Assembly: GCA_963696385.1 (NCBI GenBank)
Contig: CAVOKF010000001.1
Location: 320,001 to 384,000 of the forward strand
From: an uncultured delta proteobacterium
GTDB taxonomy: Bacteria > Myxococcota_A > Polyangia > Polyangiales > Polyangiaceae
Length of the DNA: 64,000 nucleotides
Direction of reading: 5' to 3'
The position numbers and the translations under genes were made by a program. Shown in pieces: positions 30,817-40,532 of this stretch. The first letter of the stretch is position 1. Every line of letters starts with the position of its first letter. The notes beneath the pieces were generated by a model that had not been told where the DNA came from, searched no databases, and saw only the letters and a program-made list of their open reading frames with translations.

Positions 30817-32856
30817 TTGACTGAATTCGGGGGTCATCGCCGGGATTCGCGCTCGGAGGGGGGCGGAGAGGCGGCCATTCAAACGGCCTCGCCGTTCCCT
30901 CGCGCGATCGGACGCTACGTCTTGTACGACGAGCTCGCATCGGGGGGCATGGCCGCCGTGCACTTCGGGCGTCTCCTGGGGCCGGCGGGGTTCGCGCGGC
31001 CCGTCGCCATCAAGCGTCTTCATGCCCAGTACGCGCGCGATCCCGAATTCGTGAGAATGTTCCTCGACGAGGCCCGCCTGGCCGCCCGGATTCAACATCC
31101 CAACGTCGTGCCGATGCTGGATGCTTTGAGGGTCAAAGGCGAAGTGTTTCTCGTGATGGATTACGTGGCAGGCGCCAGCCTGTCGCACCTCAATCGTCTC
31201 ATGAGGCGGCGCGACGAGCGCATCCCGCCGCTCGTCGCCGTGGCCATCGTCGCCGGGATGCTTCAGGGCTTGCACGCGGCTCACGAGGCGAAGGACGAGC
31301 AGGGAGCGCACCTCGAGATCGTGCACCGCGACGTCTCGCCCCAGAACGCCCTGGTCGGAACCGACGGCATCACGCGCCTCATCGACTTCGGGGTCGCGAA
31401 GGCGACCGGGCGCCTGCAAAGCACGCGCAGCGGTCAGCTCAAGGGCAAGCTTGCCTATATGGCGCCCGAGCAAGTGCGGGGGGAGCCCGTGACCCGCCGT
31501 GCGGACGTCTACAGCGCGTCGGTCATCCTCTGGGAGACGCTGACCTCCAAGCGCCTCTTCGAAGCCGACAACGAAGCGAATCTTCTTTCGAAGATGCTCA
31601 CGGCGCAGGTGTCCGTTCCGAGCTCGATCGTTTCGGACCTACCGCGATCCCTCGACCGCGCCGTGATGCGCGGCCTGCACCGCGATCCGGCCAAGCGCTA
31701 CGAAAGCGCCCGCGAGATGGCCGCGCACATCGAGGCGTGCATCGGGGTCGCTTCCCCGTCCGAGATCAGCGATTGGCTCGAGCGAACGGTCGGTGACGAG
31801 CTGAGAGAGCGTGCCGCTCGGATCGAATCGCTCAAGCGCGACGGCGGACAGATCGTCGGCAGCGCCGGGGCGGACAGCTCCACCATCGCTGCGGCCGATG
31901 CGCTGACCATCGGCGGCAAGCGCATCACGGCGACGTCGCAGACGGCCGTTCGCATTGGACTCTTTCTGAGGGCGCTCGACAACGAATACCAGCACCTTCA
32001 GCGCGAGGAATGCCTACACGTCGCCCGCCGAAACGGCTTCGTCGTGACGGAAGTGAGTGGCCAGAACGATGCCGACATTCAGCGCCGACAGATCGAAGAA
32101 TGCTTAAGGCAGCCCGACGCCGTACGCCCCACGGTCTTTCTCGTCAACCCCGTCGACGAGGGCTCGCTTCGCGACACGGCGATCCGGGCCGCCCAGGCGG
32201 GCGTGAACTGGGTCAGCCTCAACCGTGACGTGGATTACTTGGACGACTTGCGCCTTGATTTCCCCCATCTCCTGGTTTGCAGTGTGAGCCCCGATCAGCG
32301 GCAGGTCGGGCGCATTCAGGGTCGCCAGCTGCAGATCCTCTTGCCCGAGGGGGGCGACGTCTTGTACGTCCAGGGCCCACCCGGCACGTCGACCGGTCGC
32401 ATGCGCCTCGAAGCCACGCAGGCGGAGCTCGCCCATACCGCCGTCCGCCTCATCGTCGAAAGCTCCGATTGGACGATCGAAGGCGCCGCGGAGCTTGCGA
32501 GGCGTCGGCTGGGGGGCGGAGGACGCGCGATCGGATCGGTCTCGGTCGTCTGCGCACAGAACGACGGCATGGCCATCGGCGCGCGCTCCGTTTTGATGGA
32601 GCACAAAGACGAGTGTGGCGCCGACGTTTCCCGGACGGTAAGGGCCATTGGCTGCGACGGCACCCCTTCGTACGGGCGGCGGCTGGTGGACGAGGGCTCC
32701 CTCGTCGCCACGATCGTCATCCACCCGACCACTGGACGGGCCATCGAAGAAATCGCGCTCTGGCTCGAACGCGGTGGCGCCGCGCCAACCGCCATTACGA
32801 TGGCCGTGAGCTCGTTTCCATCCCTTCTCGCGCTTCGCGACCGCGATGCCCATTGA
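30817..32856 (+). CDS. Ser/Thr protein kinase fused to a type-I PBP (RbsB/LacI-like) ligand-binding domain
   Basis: VAIK, HRDVSPQN, DFG, APE; C-terminal IGLFLRALDNEYQ, VSPDQRQVGRIQG, CAQNDGMAIGA, IGCDG. Start uncertain (ORF is open from 30703). Confidence 0.88.
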   Translation: MTEFGGHRRDSRSEGGGEAAIQTASPFPRAIGRYVLYDELASGGMAAVHFGRLLGPAGFARPVAIKRLHAQYARDPEFVRMFLDEARLAARIQHPNVVPMLDALRVKGEVFLVMDYVAGASLSHLNRLMRRRDERIPPLVAVAIVAGMLQGLHAAHEAKDEQGAHLEIVHRDVSPQNALVGTDGITRLIDFGVAKATGRLQSTRSGQLKGKLAYMAPEQVRGEPVTRRADVYSASVILWETLTSKRLFEADNEANLLSKMLTAQVSVPSSIVSDLPRSLDRAVMRGLHRDPAKRYESAREMAAHIEACIGVASPSEISDWLERTVGDELRERAARIESLKRDGGQIVGSAGADSSTIAAADALTIGGKRITATSQTAVRIGLFLRALDNEYQHLQREECLHVARRNGFVVTEVSGQNDADIQRRQIEECLRQPDAVRPTVFLVNPVDEGSLRDTAIRAAQAGVNWVSLNRDVDYLDDLRLDFPHLLVCSVSPDQRQVGRIQGRQLQILLPEGGDVLYVQGPPGTSTGRMRLEATQAELAHTAVRLIVESSDWTIEGAAELARRRLGGGGRAIGSVSVVCAQNDGMAIGARSVLMEHKDECGADVSRTVRAIGCDGTPSYGRRLVDEGSLVATIVIHPTTGRAIEEIALWLERGGAAPTAITMAVSSFPSLLALRDRDAH

Positions 32857-33526
32857 GGAGGCTCTCCCAGACGGGGTGAATGGGTGCGACCTCTCGCTCC
32901 CAGGGAGCTGATCGCAATTTCTCGCTCCCGAGGGGGCGGGCGCAGATGCTTCTGGAACGCGCGCTTGTGCCAGTACAGGGAGCCGTTCGTGCACAAGAAG
33001 AAGACGGGGAAGACCTCGCCGAAGCCTACGTCGCCAAAGCCATTCGTAATCGTCCGCCCGACGTCGCCGAAAGCGACCGAGAAAGCCTTTGGCGTCGACG
33101 CGGAGCGATCGAGGCACATCGACGAACTGATTGCGAAGGCCGTCAGTTGACGAACGCGTGGTGACGAGTGGCTCGGGGGAGGGCCACACATGTTTTCCTG
33201 AATATGCCTTTCGAGAAGAAGGGCATGTACCGGGACCTGCTCGTTGCTTACGTCAGTGGCCTGGCAGGGTTAGGATTCACGGTAAGGCATTCTCCTCGAA
33301 TGCGAACCAGGTTGCCGAAGGTCTAACGACAACGAGCCCAAGCTCGAATGGCATGTTGAAGCGCGGGCATCCCCCCGCGATGCGGCGGTGCCACGCCGCG
33401 CGTTCATCCGTCCTAGCGGATGACTGGACACTTGACCAGCCTGATGGCTATCGCTACGATTCCGCAGGATAAAAGCAACCGTGTTCTTCGTGCGTTCGTC
33501 CCTGGAGGGCCCGTCGAGGAAAGTAA

Positions 33527-33838
33527 ATGGCAGCGCTGGAACTTCGTCCGAACTGTGAATATTGCGACAAGGACATTCCTCCCGACGCAACGGAGGCTTG
33601 CATTTGCAGCTACGAGTGCACCTTTTGCCGGGATTGCGTCACCAAACTGCAGAACGTCTGCCCCAATTGCGGCGGCGGTTTCGTCTCAAGGCCTATCCGG
33701 CCCGCAACGGAATGGCGTCCAGGTCTTTCCGTCGCCAAACGTCCACCGTCGTACAAACGCGTTCACTTGTCGTACAATGACGATGAGATTGCAAGCCATG
33801 TGAAGCGCATCAAGGGCATTCCACCCGAAAAACGCTAG
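33527..33838 (+). CDS. DUF1272 domain protein
   Basis: LELRPNCEYCDKDIPP...ICSYECTFC..C...CPNCGGG...RPIRP. Confidence 0.92.
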   Translation: MAALELRPNCEYCDKDIPPDATEACICSYECTFCRDCVTKLQNVCPNCGGGFVSRPIRPATEWRPGLSVAKRPPSYKRVHLSYNDDEIASHVKRIKGIPPEKR

Positions 33839-33871
33839 AGCGCTGCCGGTTACTCTGGAAGCCTGCCGAGA

Positions 33872-34138
33872 TCACGTTGCGGCAAAGAATCGGGCCATGA
33901 CGTCTCCCGGCAGCCATCCGGTGGCATCGAAGCCGGGGGCCTGACTAAGAGCAGCGAGCCGGTAGGGGCAGCCGATCCGTTTCGGGGCTGAAGAGACGGC
34001 GGCGGAGCCGGTCACCGATGACCGCCTGCATCGCTTGCGGTTCGCTGGCAGCATGCCGCCGTTCCTGGCCATGCTGTCCGATGCGTCCGTAGCGGATCGG
34101 GACCGTCCAGTCCTCGAGCAGGTCGCGACCGACGGCGA
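33872..34138 (-). pseudogene. WGR-domain gene remnant, 5' end replaced by mobile DNA
   Basis: AVGRDLLEDWTVPIRYGRIGQHGQERR, then shifted SAPKRIGCPYRL. Confidence 0.6.
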
Positions 34139-34204
34139 GTATATGCCATGTTGCTGGCGTGGGTGACGGTCGTAGCGATACCGCGCCGGGGGAGGCAAGG
34201 AAGA
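34139..34204 (+). repeat. 66-bp dispersed repeat, copy 2
   Basis: Matches 17198..17263 in inverted orientation; begins where the WGR gene breaks. Confidence 0.85.
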
Positions 34205-34428
34205 AGGGAGCGAAGGGGCGGCGCGGTGGCTCGTCGTCGGCACGCTGCGAGGAAAGGCCAAAACGCCGGGGCGGTGGCGACCTGCCGCGATGCCGCCGCC
34301 GAGCACGAGGGCAGAGCGTCTCCTCGCGTGGAGCCGGCACAAGGCTGCGTCATGATGAGCAGCAGAGGGCCTCGGGGGTGTCCCTCGGGCCAACGACGGG
34401 TCGAGCCGGCGAGCGCCACGGAGGAGAC

Positions 34429-34764
34429 ATGAAGTATCTTGGGATGGATGTGCACGGGAAAGCAACCGACTTTTGTCTGCTCAACGCGGAGGGCGAAGTC
34501 GTCGAGAGGGGCAGCCTGCCGACGACGGCGCCCGATTTGACGAAGCTGATCCAGAGGCTTTCGTCGATCGACACGCTGCTCTGCGGTCAGGAGGTGGGGA
34601 CGATGACCTACTTTGTCCATGACGTCGTGACGAGCGCGGGAGCGAAGATCCTGTCGTTCAACGCGCAGCATCTTCGGATGATCGCGGCGTCGCGCAAGAA
34701 GACCGACAGCCTGCCGGTCGACGAAGAGCCGCGGAAGCGGGCGCGGAAACATATCGCGTCTTAA
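34429..34764 (+). mobile_element. IS110-family recombinase, N-terminal DEDD part only
   Basis: MKYLGMDVHGK...QEVG...SRKKTD, then unrelated sequence; GGAGGAG RBS. Confidence 0.85.
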
Positions 34765-34769
34765 GTGAG

Positions 34770-35204
34770 TCATGCGCTCCGCCGCTTCTCTCTACGCGCC
34801 TTCGGCTGTGCGGTGGGCGACGGCGCGAGCGCGCGCGCCTGATAGCTCTCCGTGCTCGCGAGCTTCATGCTGACGAGGCGGTTCAGCGAGACGGCGCTGT
34901 CGGCGGCCTCCATGACGAGCCGGCGATGAAGGGCAGCTGGGATGCGCACCTTGAAGGTGCCGCTGAATCCCTGGGCCGCGAGCGGCGCGGGGAGCGCCTC
35001 GCCGCGGGCGGCCATGTCGGCGGCGACGTCGCGGACCAGCTTCTCGACACCGTGAAGGGCCTCGTCCCGCGTCGGCGCGAGCCACGAGAGCGACGGGAAC
35101 TCCGTGCAGAGCCCGACGTACTCCTGGTCTTCGTCCGACCAGGTCACGCGGTACGTGTACTTGTCCGTGCTGTTGCTCATCTTCTTCTCCATCGGCATCT
35201 TCAT
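34770..35204 (-). CDS. hicB: HicB-family antitoxin
   Basis: YTYRVTWSDEDQEYVGLCTEFPSLSWLA...FSGTFKVRIPAALHRRL..EA...VSLNRLV. Confidence 0.92.
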   Translation of the reverse strand: MKMPMEKKMSNSTDKYTYRVTWSDEDQEYVGLCTEFPSLSWLAPTRDEALHGVEKLVRDVAADMAARGEALPAPLAAQGFSGTFKVRIPAALHRRLVMEAADSAVSLNRLVSMKLASTESYQARALAPSPTAQPKARREKRRSA

Positions 35205-35215
35205 CCGGTTGCCGT

Positions 35216-35554
35216 TCAGCGGCGCTTCTTCTTCTTCCCCTTCTTCTTCTCTTCCGGGCGCTCAGTGTCGGCTGGCTCGGTCACCGCCAGCTCGGCGGCC
35301 GCTCTCAGCTGGTTCGAGCGCCGCTCGACGGCCTCGAGGAGCTGCCGCACCTGGTACGCTTTCGCTTTGCCCTTCTCGTCTTGCATGTTCACGCGTGGAT
35401 TGCCTGGCCACGGCATCTTCCACACGCGGTGGCTCGTCCCCTTCTGTGTGGGCTCGCCGAAGAAGTGGTCGGCGACCTTGCAAGCGTCCGTGAAGCGGAC
35501 GTTGAAGGGGTTCGCCTTCATCTCGCTGATGAGCTCCTCGATGGTGGAGGCCAC
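35216..35554 (-). CDS. hicA: HicA-like toxin
   Basis: NPFNVRFTD..KV..HFFGEP..GTSHRVWKMPWPGNPRVN.Q..GKAKAYQVRQ. Confidence 0.88.
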   Translation of the reverse strand: MASTIEELISEMKANPFNVRFTDACKVADHFFGEPTQKGTSHRVWKMPWPGNPRVNMQDEKGKAKAYQVRQLLEAVERRSNQLRAAAELAVTEPADTERPEEKKKGKKKKRR

Positions 35555-35557
35555 CCA

Positions 35558-35585
35558 CGAATGGTGCCACTAATGGCACCATTCG
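35558..35585. promoter_or_regulatory. Palindromic operator of hicAB
   Basis: CGAATGGTGCCA-CTAA-TGGCACCATTCG, a perfect 12-bp inverted repeat just upstream of the hicA start. Confidence 0.8.
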
Positions 35586-35710
35586 GCAAGGAGCACCGGC
35601 GCTCGCTCGACGCCAGCGCCGAGGAGCCCATCCGGGGAGCGCCCGCGACGAAATCGACGGCCGCGCGAGGCGGGTGCTCCGAGCGCGCGGCTGGGGTAAG
35701 TAGCCGCACG

Positions 35711-36076
35711 ATGATTCGCCTCCGCTTCGTCCAGGAGTACCGCGGTCGGCGCATCGTCACGAACGGCAAGCTCTACGGCATCCAGGGCGAGCTCGTGACC
35801 GACTGCCGGTACTTGAACGTCGCCGGCGCCCGGGCAGCCATCGACTCGGAGACGAACGCCGCCGCACACCGCGCCCACCTCGAGTCGCAGCGCCGGCACT
35901 TCTCGGAGTTCCTCGCCCGGGACGGCGAGAAGTACGCCTTCGCATGCGAGTGCGGATGGCGCGGCCCGTACAACCAGCTGGCGAAGGAGGGACGCGAGGT
36001 CGTCGTCGTGCGATGCCCGAAATGCGCGAGCGACGACATCTACCTCGCCTTCGACGACGCCACCGTCGAGCGGTGA
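35711..36076 (+). CDS. Hypothetical protein with a C-terminal Zn-ribbon
   Basis: CECGW...CPKCAS; strong GC3 codon bias. Confidence 0.6.
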   Translation: MIRLRFVQEYRGRRIVTNGKLYGIQGELVTDCRYLNVAGARAAIDSETNAAAHRAHLESQRRHFSEFLARDGEKYAFACECGWRGPYNQLAKEGREVVVVRCPKCASDDIYLAFDDATVER

Positions 36077-36245
36077 CCGCTCCTTGTAGTGCCGGTGGAC
36101 CTGGGCGGGACGGCGATTCACTAGGCACCCCCTGTGGGAACTCGCACAGCGCGCATCGCTGCCACCACCACAGCCGTAGGCCTTGACCCTGTGTATGAAG
36201 TGCTCAGCTTGCTCTCGCCCACGGGCGAAAGGACCTCAGCCATGG

Positions 36246-36500
36246 ATGAGCAGCAGAAACCCGAGACCCCTCGGTCAGCGCCTTCGGAGTCTCATGACAG
36301 CCAAGGGATTCACGCAGAGTTCCTTGGCGAAGCGGGCGGGCATCGACCGGAGTGAGGTCAACCGCATCGTGAACGACAAGAAGGTGCCCCATCCCGAAGA
36401 GCTGGCCCTCTTGGCTCAGGCGCTTTCGTCCCCGTGGACGAGCTGATGGCGAACCTCGAGCTCGACGGCGACGTCCGCAAAGTCGTGACGTACTTCGAGG
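36246..36500 (+). pseudogene. XRE-family HTH regulator, frameshifted and truncated
   Basis: LGQRLRSLM..KGFTQSSLAKRAGIDRSEVNRI; shifted VPVDELM; abuts the intron fragment. Confidence 0.7.
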
Positions 36501-36974
36501 ACGCTGCATCCAGAGAAGACGCGGTTGGTGGAGTTTCTGCACCCTGACCGTCGCTCATCGAAAGTCGATGGCGGCGACCGAGGTCCTGGCAGCTTCGACC
36601 TACTCGGCTTCACGCACTACTGGGGCAAGGCTCGCTCCGGCAAGTGGATTGTCAAGCGCAAAACAGCCAAAGACCGCTTCCGTAGAGCGCTGTCGCGGGT
36701 CGCGCAATGGTGCAGGGAGCAGCAGAAGGCACTTGGGCAAAAGCTGCGTGGTCACTACGGATATTACGGAATCACCCGGAATTTCCGAGCCATCACGCTC
36801 TTTTGCCGCGAGACTATTGCGTTGTGGCGCCGGTGGCTCAACCGCCGGTCGCAACGACGCCATATGCCTTGGGAGCGAATGCACCGGCTGCTTGACCGAA
36901 GAGCCGGATGCGTGAATTGCGCACGTCCGGATCCGAGGGGGGCCGGGGAGGACAGCCTCCTCGGTCTACCCGAC
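36501..36974 (+). mobile_element. Group II intron 3' fragment (RT end + maturase X, domains V-VI)
   Basis: LHPEKTRLVEF, FDLLGFTHYW, LRGHYGYYGI, WLNRRSQR; DV GAGCCGGATGCG..CACGTCCGGATC and a DVI hairpin ending CTACCCGAC at 36974. Confidence 0.92.
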
Positions 36975-37646
36975 GTGCGCCAGGCGTCGCGTCGGCGGCG
37001 CTCAACCTCGTCGTGTCGAGGTGGGCCCACGAGCAGGCCGTTGCCACGAAAGACCCATGGTTCTTCGCCATGTTCGCCAAGCACGCGGACTCGTCACGTC
37101 ACAATTTGCTCGCTGCGCACGAACTCGCGGTGAGGCACAAGCACGTGTGGACCGCGTCGAGGGCTCCTGCAGCGCTTGCCAACACGCTTCTCGACGCCGG
37201 CAAGCGGGCTCGTGATGGCCCGTCGTAAGCGCCATCTTCGAGCCGGCCGAGCGAGTCTGCGACTCCTGCGAAACCGCTAGCGCGGCTCACGCTGGAGATG
37301 GTATTCGCCGGCCAAGGCTTCGCGAACGTCGATGCGAGTCCGCTGCAGACTGCCATCGCGCGTGCCGCCGACGGCTCCCCCTCGACGGCATCCTCGACGC
37401 GGACGACAGGGTCCGTCACTTCGGGTGCGAGTCCCTCGATGCCAGCGTGGCAGTGCAAGTACTTCGGCACCTTCGTGGCAGGCACGCCCTGGCCGACCTG
37501 CTGGCGTGGAGTGCTGAGGTTGCGCGGCTCGTCGGCGAGCTGCCCGAATTTGCGGAAGGACTTGCCACGGCGCTCGCCGCCATCGACGGCGAGATCATGA
37601 AGAACGAAACTGGACGAACTGACCATGACCGACGAACTTCGAAGCC

Positions 37647-37946
37647 GTGAGCCGCACAATGAACCCGAAAGGACCGATACAGCCCATGAACTCAGAGTAC
37701 CTGTTCGGTAGTGGCACTGGTCGCATCCCCGACGACGAACGCGCACTCATCGATCGCGTGGTCGAGCCGCTCGGCGTCGTCCTGAACAACCAGGACCTTC
37801 CAGGCGAGGGTTACCGCTACTGGTTCGCAGGTCCCAACCGTGGCCATCCGTTCGACCGGGCGCTCGAGCGGCAGGTGTACCAGGCGCTCGCCGAGACGGG
37901 CATCACGCGATGGCTCGAGCACGCGTACGGAATCGAAGTGGGGTGA
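37647..37946 (+). CDS. Hypothetical protein (mobile-region gene)
   Basis: Coding-like composition, GYRYWFAGPNRGHPFD; overlaps the stop of the upstream small ORF. Confidence 0.55.
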   Translation: MSRTMNPKGPIQPMNSEYLFGSGTGRIPDDERALIDRVVEPLGVVLNNQDLPGEGYRYWFAGPNRGHPFDRALERQVYQALAETGITRWLEHAYGIEVG

Positions 37947-38269
37947 CGCCCGCCGAAACGCATTCGCAAGGGCGCGTCTGCCGGGACTCGAACGCCCGGC
38001 ACTGAAGAGGCAGCCGATGACCGACGAACCACCAGCCAGGGCCAAAAGGCTCGAGCGTCGTCAGCCGACGCAACTGCGGACGCAGCAATCGCAGGCGCGA
38101 AGTCCGGCAACGTCGGCGAGCCCCCGCGTCCGTCCGCCGATGAACTCGGACAAGTAGCCTACAGGGCACAAGCCTCTCGTCTCGGCGGCAGCGCCCGGGA
38201 CTCGACGGGCCACGGCGACGTCCACACATGGGACAAGCTGCGCCGCGGTTCAGCGCGAGCACTGGACGG

Positions 38270-38520
38270 TCGTCGCGGCGGCAGTCGCGGAGGTGGCGGC
38301 CTTTGCGGCGAACGTCTGCTTCTCTTTGGTGAACGGGTTGATCTGCTTCTTGACCGCGTTGTAGCCAGCGTGCAGCGCGCATCTGCACGGTGGCATCGAC
38401 GGCGCCAAGGTCGGTGACGACGGCGCGCAGATCGCGGAGGCCCAGCCCTGGCGCGGCGCGTAGCCGCTCGAAGCCGTCGAAGATCTCGACGGCGCCATCC
38501 CGCTCGAACGCACACACGGC
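38270..38520 (-). pseudogene. Fused scraps: ParB-N-like fragment and HU-like fragment
   Basis: EIFDGFERLRAA..LG (ParB-like) and INPFTKEKQTFAAK (HU arm-like) in different frames. Confidence 0.45.
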
Positions 38521-38559
38521 GGAGAGCTGGCCGTGCTGCTTGAGCGACGCGCGTCGACA

Positions 38560-38701
38560 ATCGCCTTCTCGTCGACGCGCGCATGAGCGACGAGGGCCCC
38601 GTCGAGCGTCGAGAGCGTCTCGGCGGGATGCTCAACTTCTACCACCGACAGGCCGCGTGACAGATGACTTCGTCTCAGCCGAGTTTTGGCACATTACGCG
38701 G
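38560..38701 (+). mobile_element. 3' remnant of the same rve element family, with its terminus
   Basis: ERLGGMLNFYHRQAA*; end TTTTGGCACATTACGCGG matches the 29131 end at 15/18 in inverted orientation. Confidence 0.75.
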
Positions 38702-38719
38702 TAGGGACAGGTCACCTCG

Positions 38720-39397
38720 TCATGCCTTCCGTCCGGCTTTCGGCGTCTTGCCCTTCGCTTTCACCTCCGCGTCGTACAGGCGGCGGATGACGTCAACCAT
38801 CGGCTTGTGGTCGCGCCGCATGGCGGCCCTACCCGCCCGACCATAGTCTGTCCCGTCGGGCCGCGGGCGCAGCCGAAGGACCGGGGGCATTCCGTAGCGC
38901 AGCAGGATGAGGTTCGCCCATATCCGGGACGTTCGGCCGTTGCCGTTGGCGAATGGGTGGATGCGAACCCAATCGGAGTGGGCCCACGCTGCGAGTTCGT
39001 TCACGGCATTCCGGCCGTCGTCATCGAGTGAGTCGCTGTCAGGGTAGCGGTCGTCGAGCAGGGCTATCGCGGCCTGCAGCCGAGATTCGAAGTTTTTGAG
39101 CTCGGCCGCGATGTTCCAAGGCATGGTGCCCTGGAGGCCCCCAACTTTGACACCGACGGTCGTCAGGCCCGGTTCGCCGCGAAAGTTGCCGACGTAGATC
39201 GACTTGCCGGGGTCGAGGCCCTGCACCATGGTCTTGTGCCACTCGCGTGCGTCTTCGACCGTGGGAATGAGCCGTTTTGTTGCGCTGTCGTGGATGGTCG
39301 CGTCGGCCAAGGCCAGATTGGCATGCAGCGTTGGGCTGTCGGCGTCCCAATCCGGAAGCGCGGCCTTCTTGCCAGTGGCCGTCTTGCTTGTGGCCAC
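38720..39397 (-). CDS. Fic-family protein
   Basis: Canonical motif HPFANGNGRTSR; YVGNFR flap region. Confidence 0.92.
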   Translation of the reverse strand: MATSKTATGKKAALPDWDADSPTLHANLALADATIHDSATKRLIPTVEDAREWHKTMVQGLDPGKSIYVGNFRGEPGLTTVGVKVGGLQGTMPWNIAAELKNFESRLQAAIALLDDRYPDSDSLDDDGRNAVNELAAWAHSDWVRIHPFANGNGRTSRIWANLILLRYGMPPVLRLRPRPDGTDYGRAGRAAMRRDHKPMVDVIRRLYDAEVKAKGKTPKAGRKA

Positions 39398-39399
39398 CG

Positions 39400-39921
39400 T
39401 CAGCTACGCAGAACTTCGCGTACCATGGTAACGGCAGGCCCCTCCTGGATCGAGGTGACTGGCTTGTCGACTCGAGGGTGGCGGCTGGCATAGACACCAG
39501 CCGGTGGAGTGACGGTCACGAGGCGACCCTCCATTGGGTCCTCCTTGCCGTAGCGCGCCTCCGCCTCGATGAACGCTTGTCGGGCGGTCGAGAACTCAGG
39601 ATCAGCAAGCCGGTACGCTTTCAGCTCGTCGAGCGTGGTGGTAAGTTGAGTCTCTACCTCAGTCGTGCGCCGCGCGATGTACTCGCCCACGGCTTCGTTG
39701 ACCATCTTGTTGATGGGCTTGTGGAGGACTCCCTTCAACATGGCGAGACCCTCTTCGAACAGCGGTGCCAGGCGCAACGTTTTCGTGCGCACGGGCGCCT
39801 TGACCGGCGTGGCGATCCTCTTGTCGAGGTGGTCGTGCTTCGTGCTGGCCGTTGCGACGGCTCGCTTCGCCGGGACCTTTGTCCGCATTTTGGCGCGCCC
39901 TTGGATGGTAGCTTTGCTCAT
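39400..39921 (-). CDS. Putative Fic antitoxin / DNA-binding partner
   Basis: Ends 2 nt before fic; RHH-like KTLRL...INKMVNEAVGEYI; EDPMEG resembles the Fic-inhibitory xxxxE(G/N) motif. Confidence 0.6.
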   Translation of the reverse strand: MSKATIQGRAKMRTKVPAKRAVATASTKHDHLDKRIATPVKAPVRTKTLRLAPLFEEGLAMLKGVLHKPINKMVNEAVGEYIARRTTEVETQLTTTLDELKAYRLADPEFSTARQAFIEAEARYGKEDPMEGRLVTVTPPAGVYASRHPRVDKPVTSIQEGPAVTMVREVLRS

Positions 39922-39947
39922 GAATGAAGAGTAGGCGCAAAGCGGTC

Positions 39948-39972
39948 GGTGTCAAATGTCAGTTTTGACACC
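39948..39972. promoter_or_regulatory. Inverted-repeat operator upstream of the fic operon
   Basis: GGTGTCAAA-N7-TTTGACACC; includes TTGACA on both strands. Confidence 0.65.
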
Positions 39973-40532
39973 ATGGACACGCTGACCCTCGTTCTCGGTG
40001 CGGCCTATACCCGACGTCGAGGTGCGCGCCGGCTCCTAAAGTGACGGCGAAAGCGCGTCCGAGCAGCCGACCCTCTGCGCTGCCGTCGCCGAGCTCGCGT
40101 GCGCGCGGTTGGGATGGCTCCTGACGGTCGGCCCCGACCGAGCCCGACGGAATTCTGAAAATCCATTTCGCAAAAATCAGTGACACAAATGACGAAAATC
40201 GATCTTCGGGGTGCCACCGCGATCCTACTTGGGCGGTAGGAGGCGGAAAAACGACCGCCGCTCGTCCCCGAGTCCGATTGCGCATTCGACCCGAAACGAG
40301 GCGAGATCGAGTTCCCGGGCGAGGTGAAATATGGCGTCCTACAGAACCTACGTCCGGACGGAGCCTACGTCCGCACGTCCAACGTCGTCACGGTCGCTCC
40401 TTCGAATCGCCCCATTCGTGCGGCGTGCGGGGCGGGAGGATGACGCCGAGCACGAGTTCGCCCCGAGCGTTGACCTTCGGCAGGAATCCGCGTGGTCGAA
40501 CCAATCGGTCCCACCCTGCTCCGACCCTCCAG

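Noticed and set aside
32884..33150. Small Lys/Pro-rich ORF after the kinase
   Set aside because: No recognisable family and uncertain start; coding status cannot be supported.
33190..33480. Minus-strand PRFNMPFELGL peptide in lower-GC DNA, possibly a decayed nucleotide-binding/defence-type gene
   Set aside because: Too fragmentary, with multiple stops and shifts, to support a call.
36975..36990. GTGCG directly after the intron 3' end, resembling a second intron 5' end or a circle junction
   Set aside because: The downstream sequence reads as protein-coding (VASAALNL...ADSSRHNLLAAHELA) and shows no recognisable domain I, so it is probably the 3' exon by chance.
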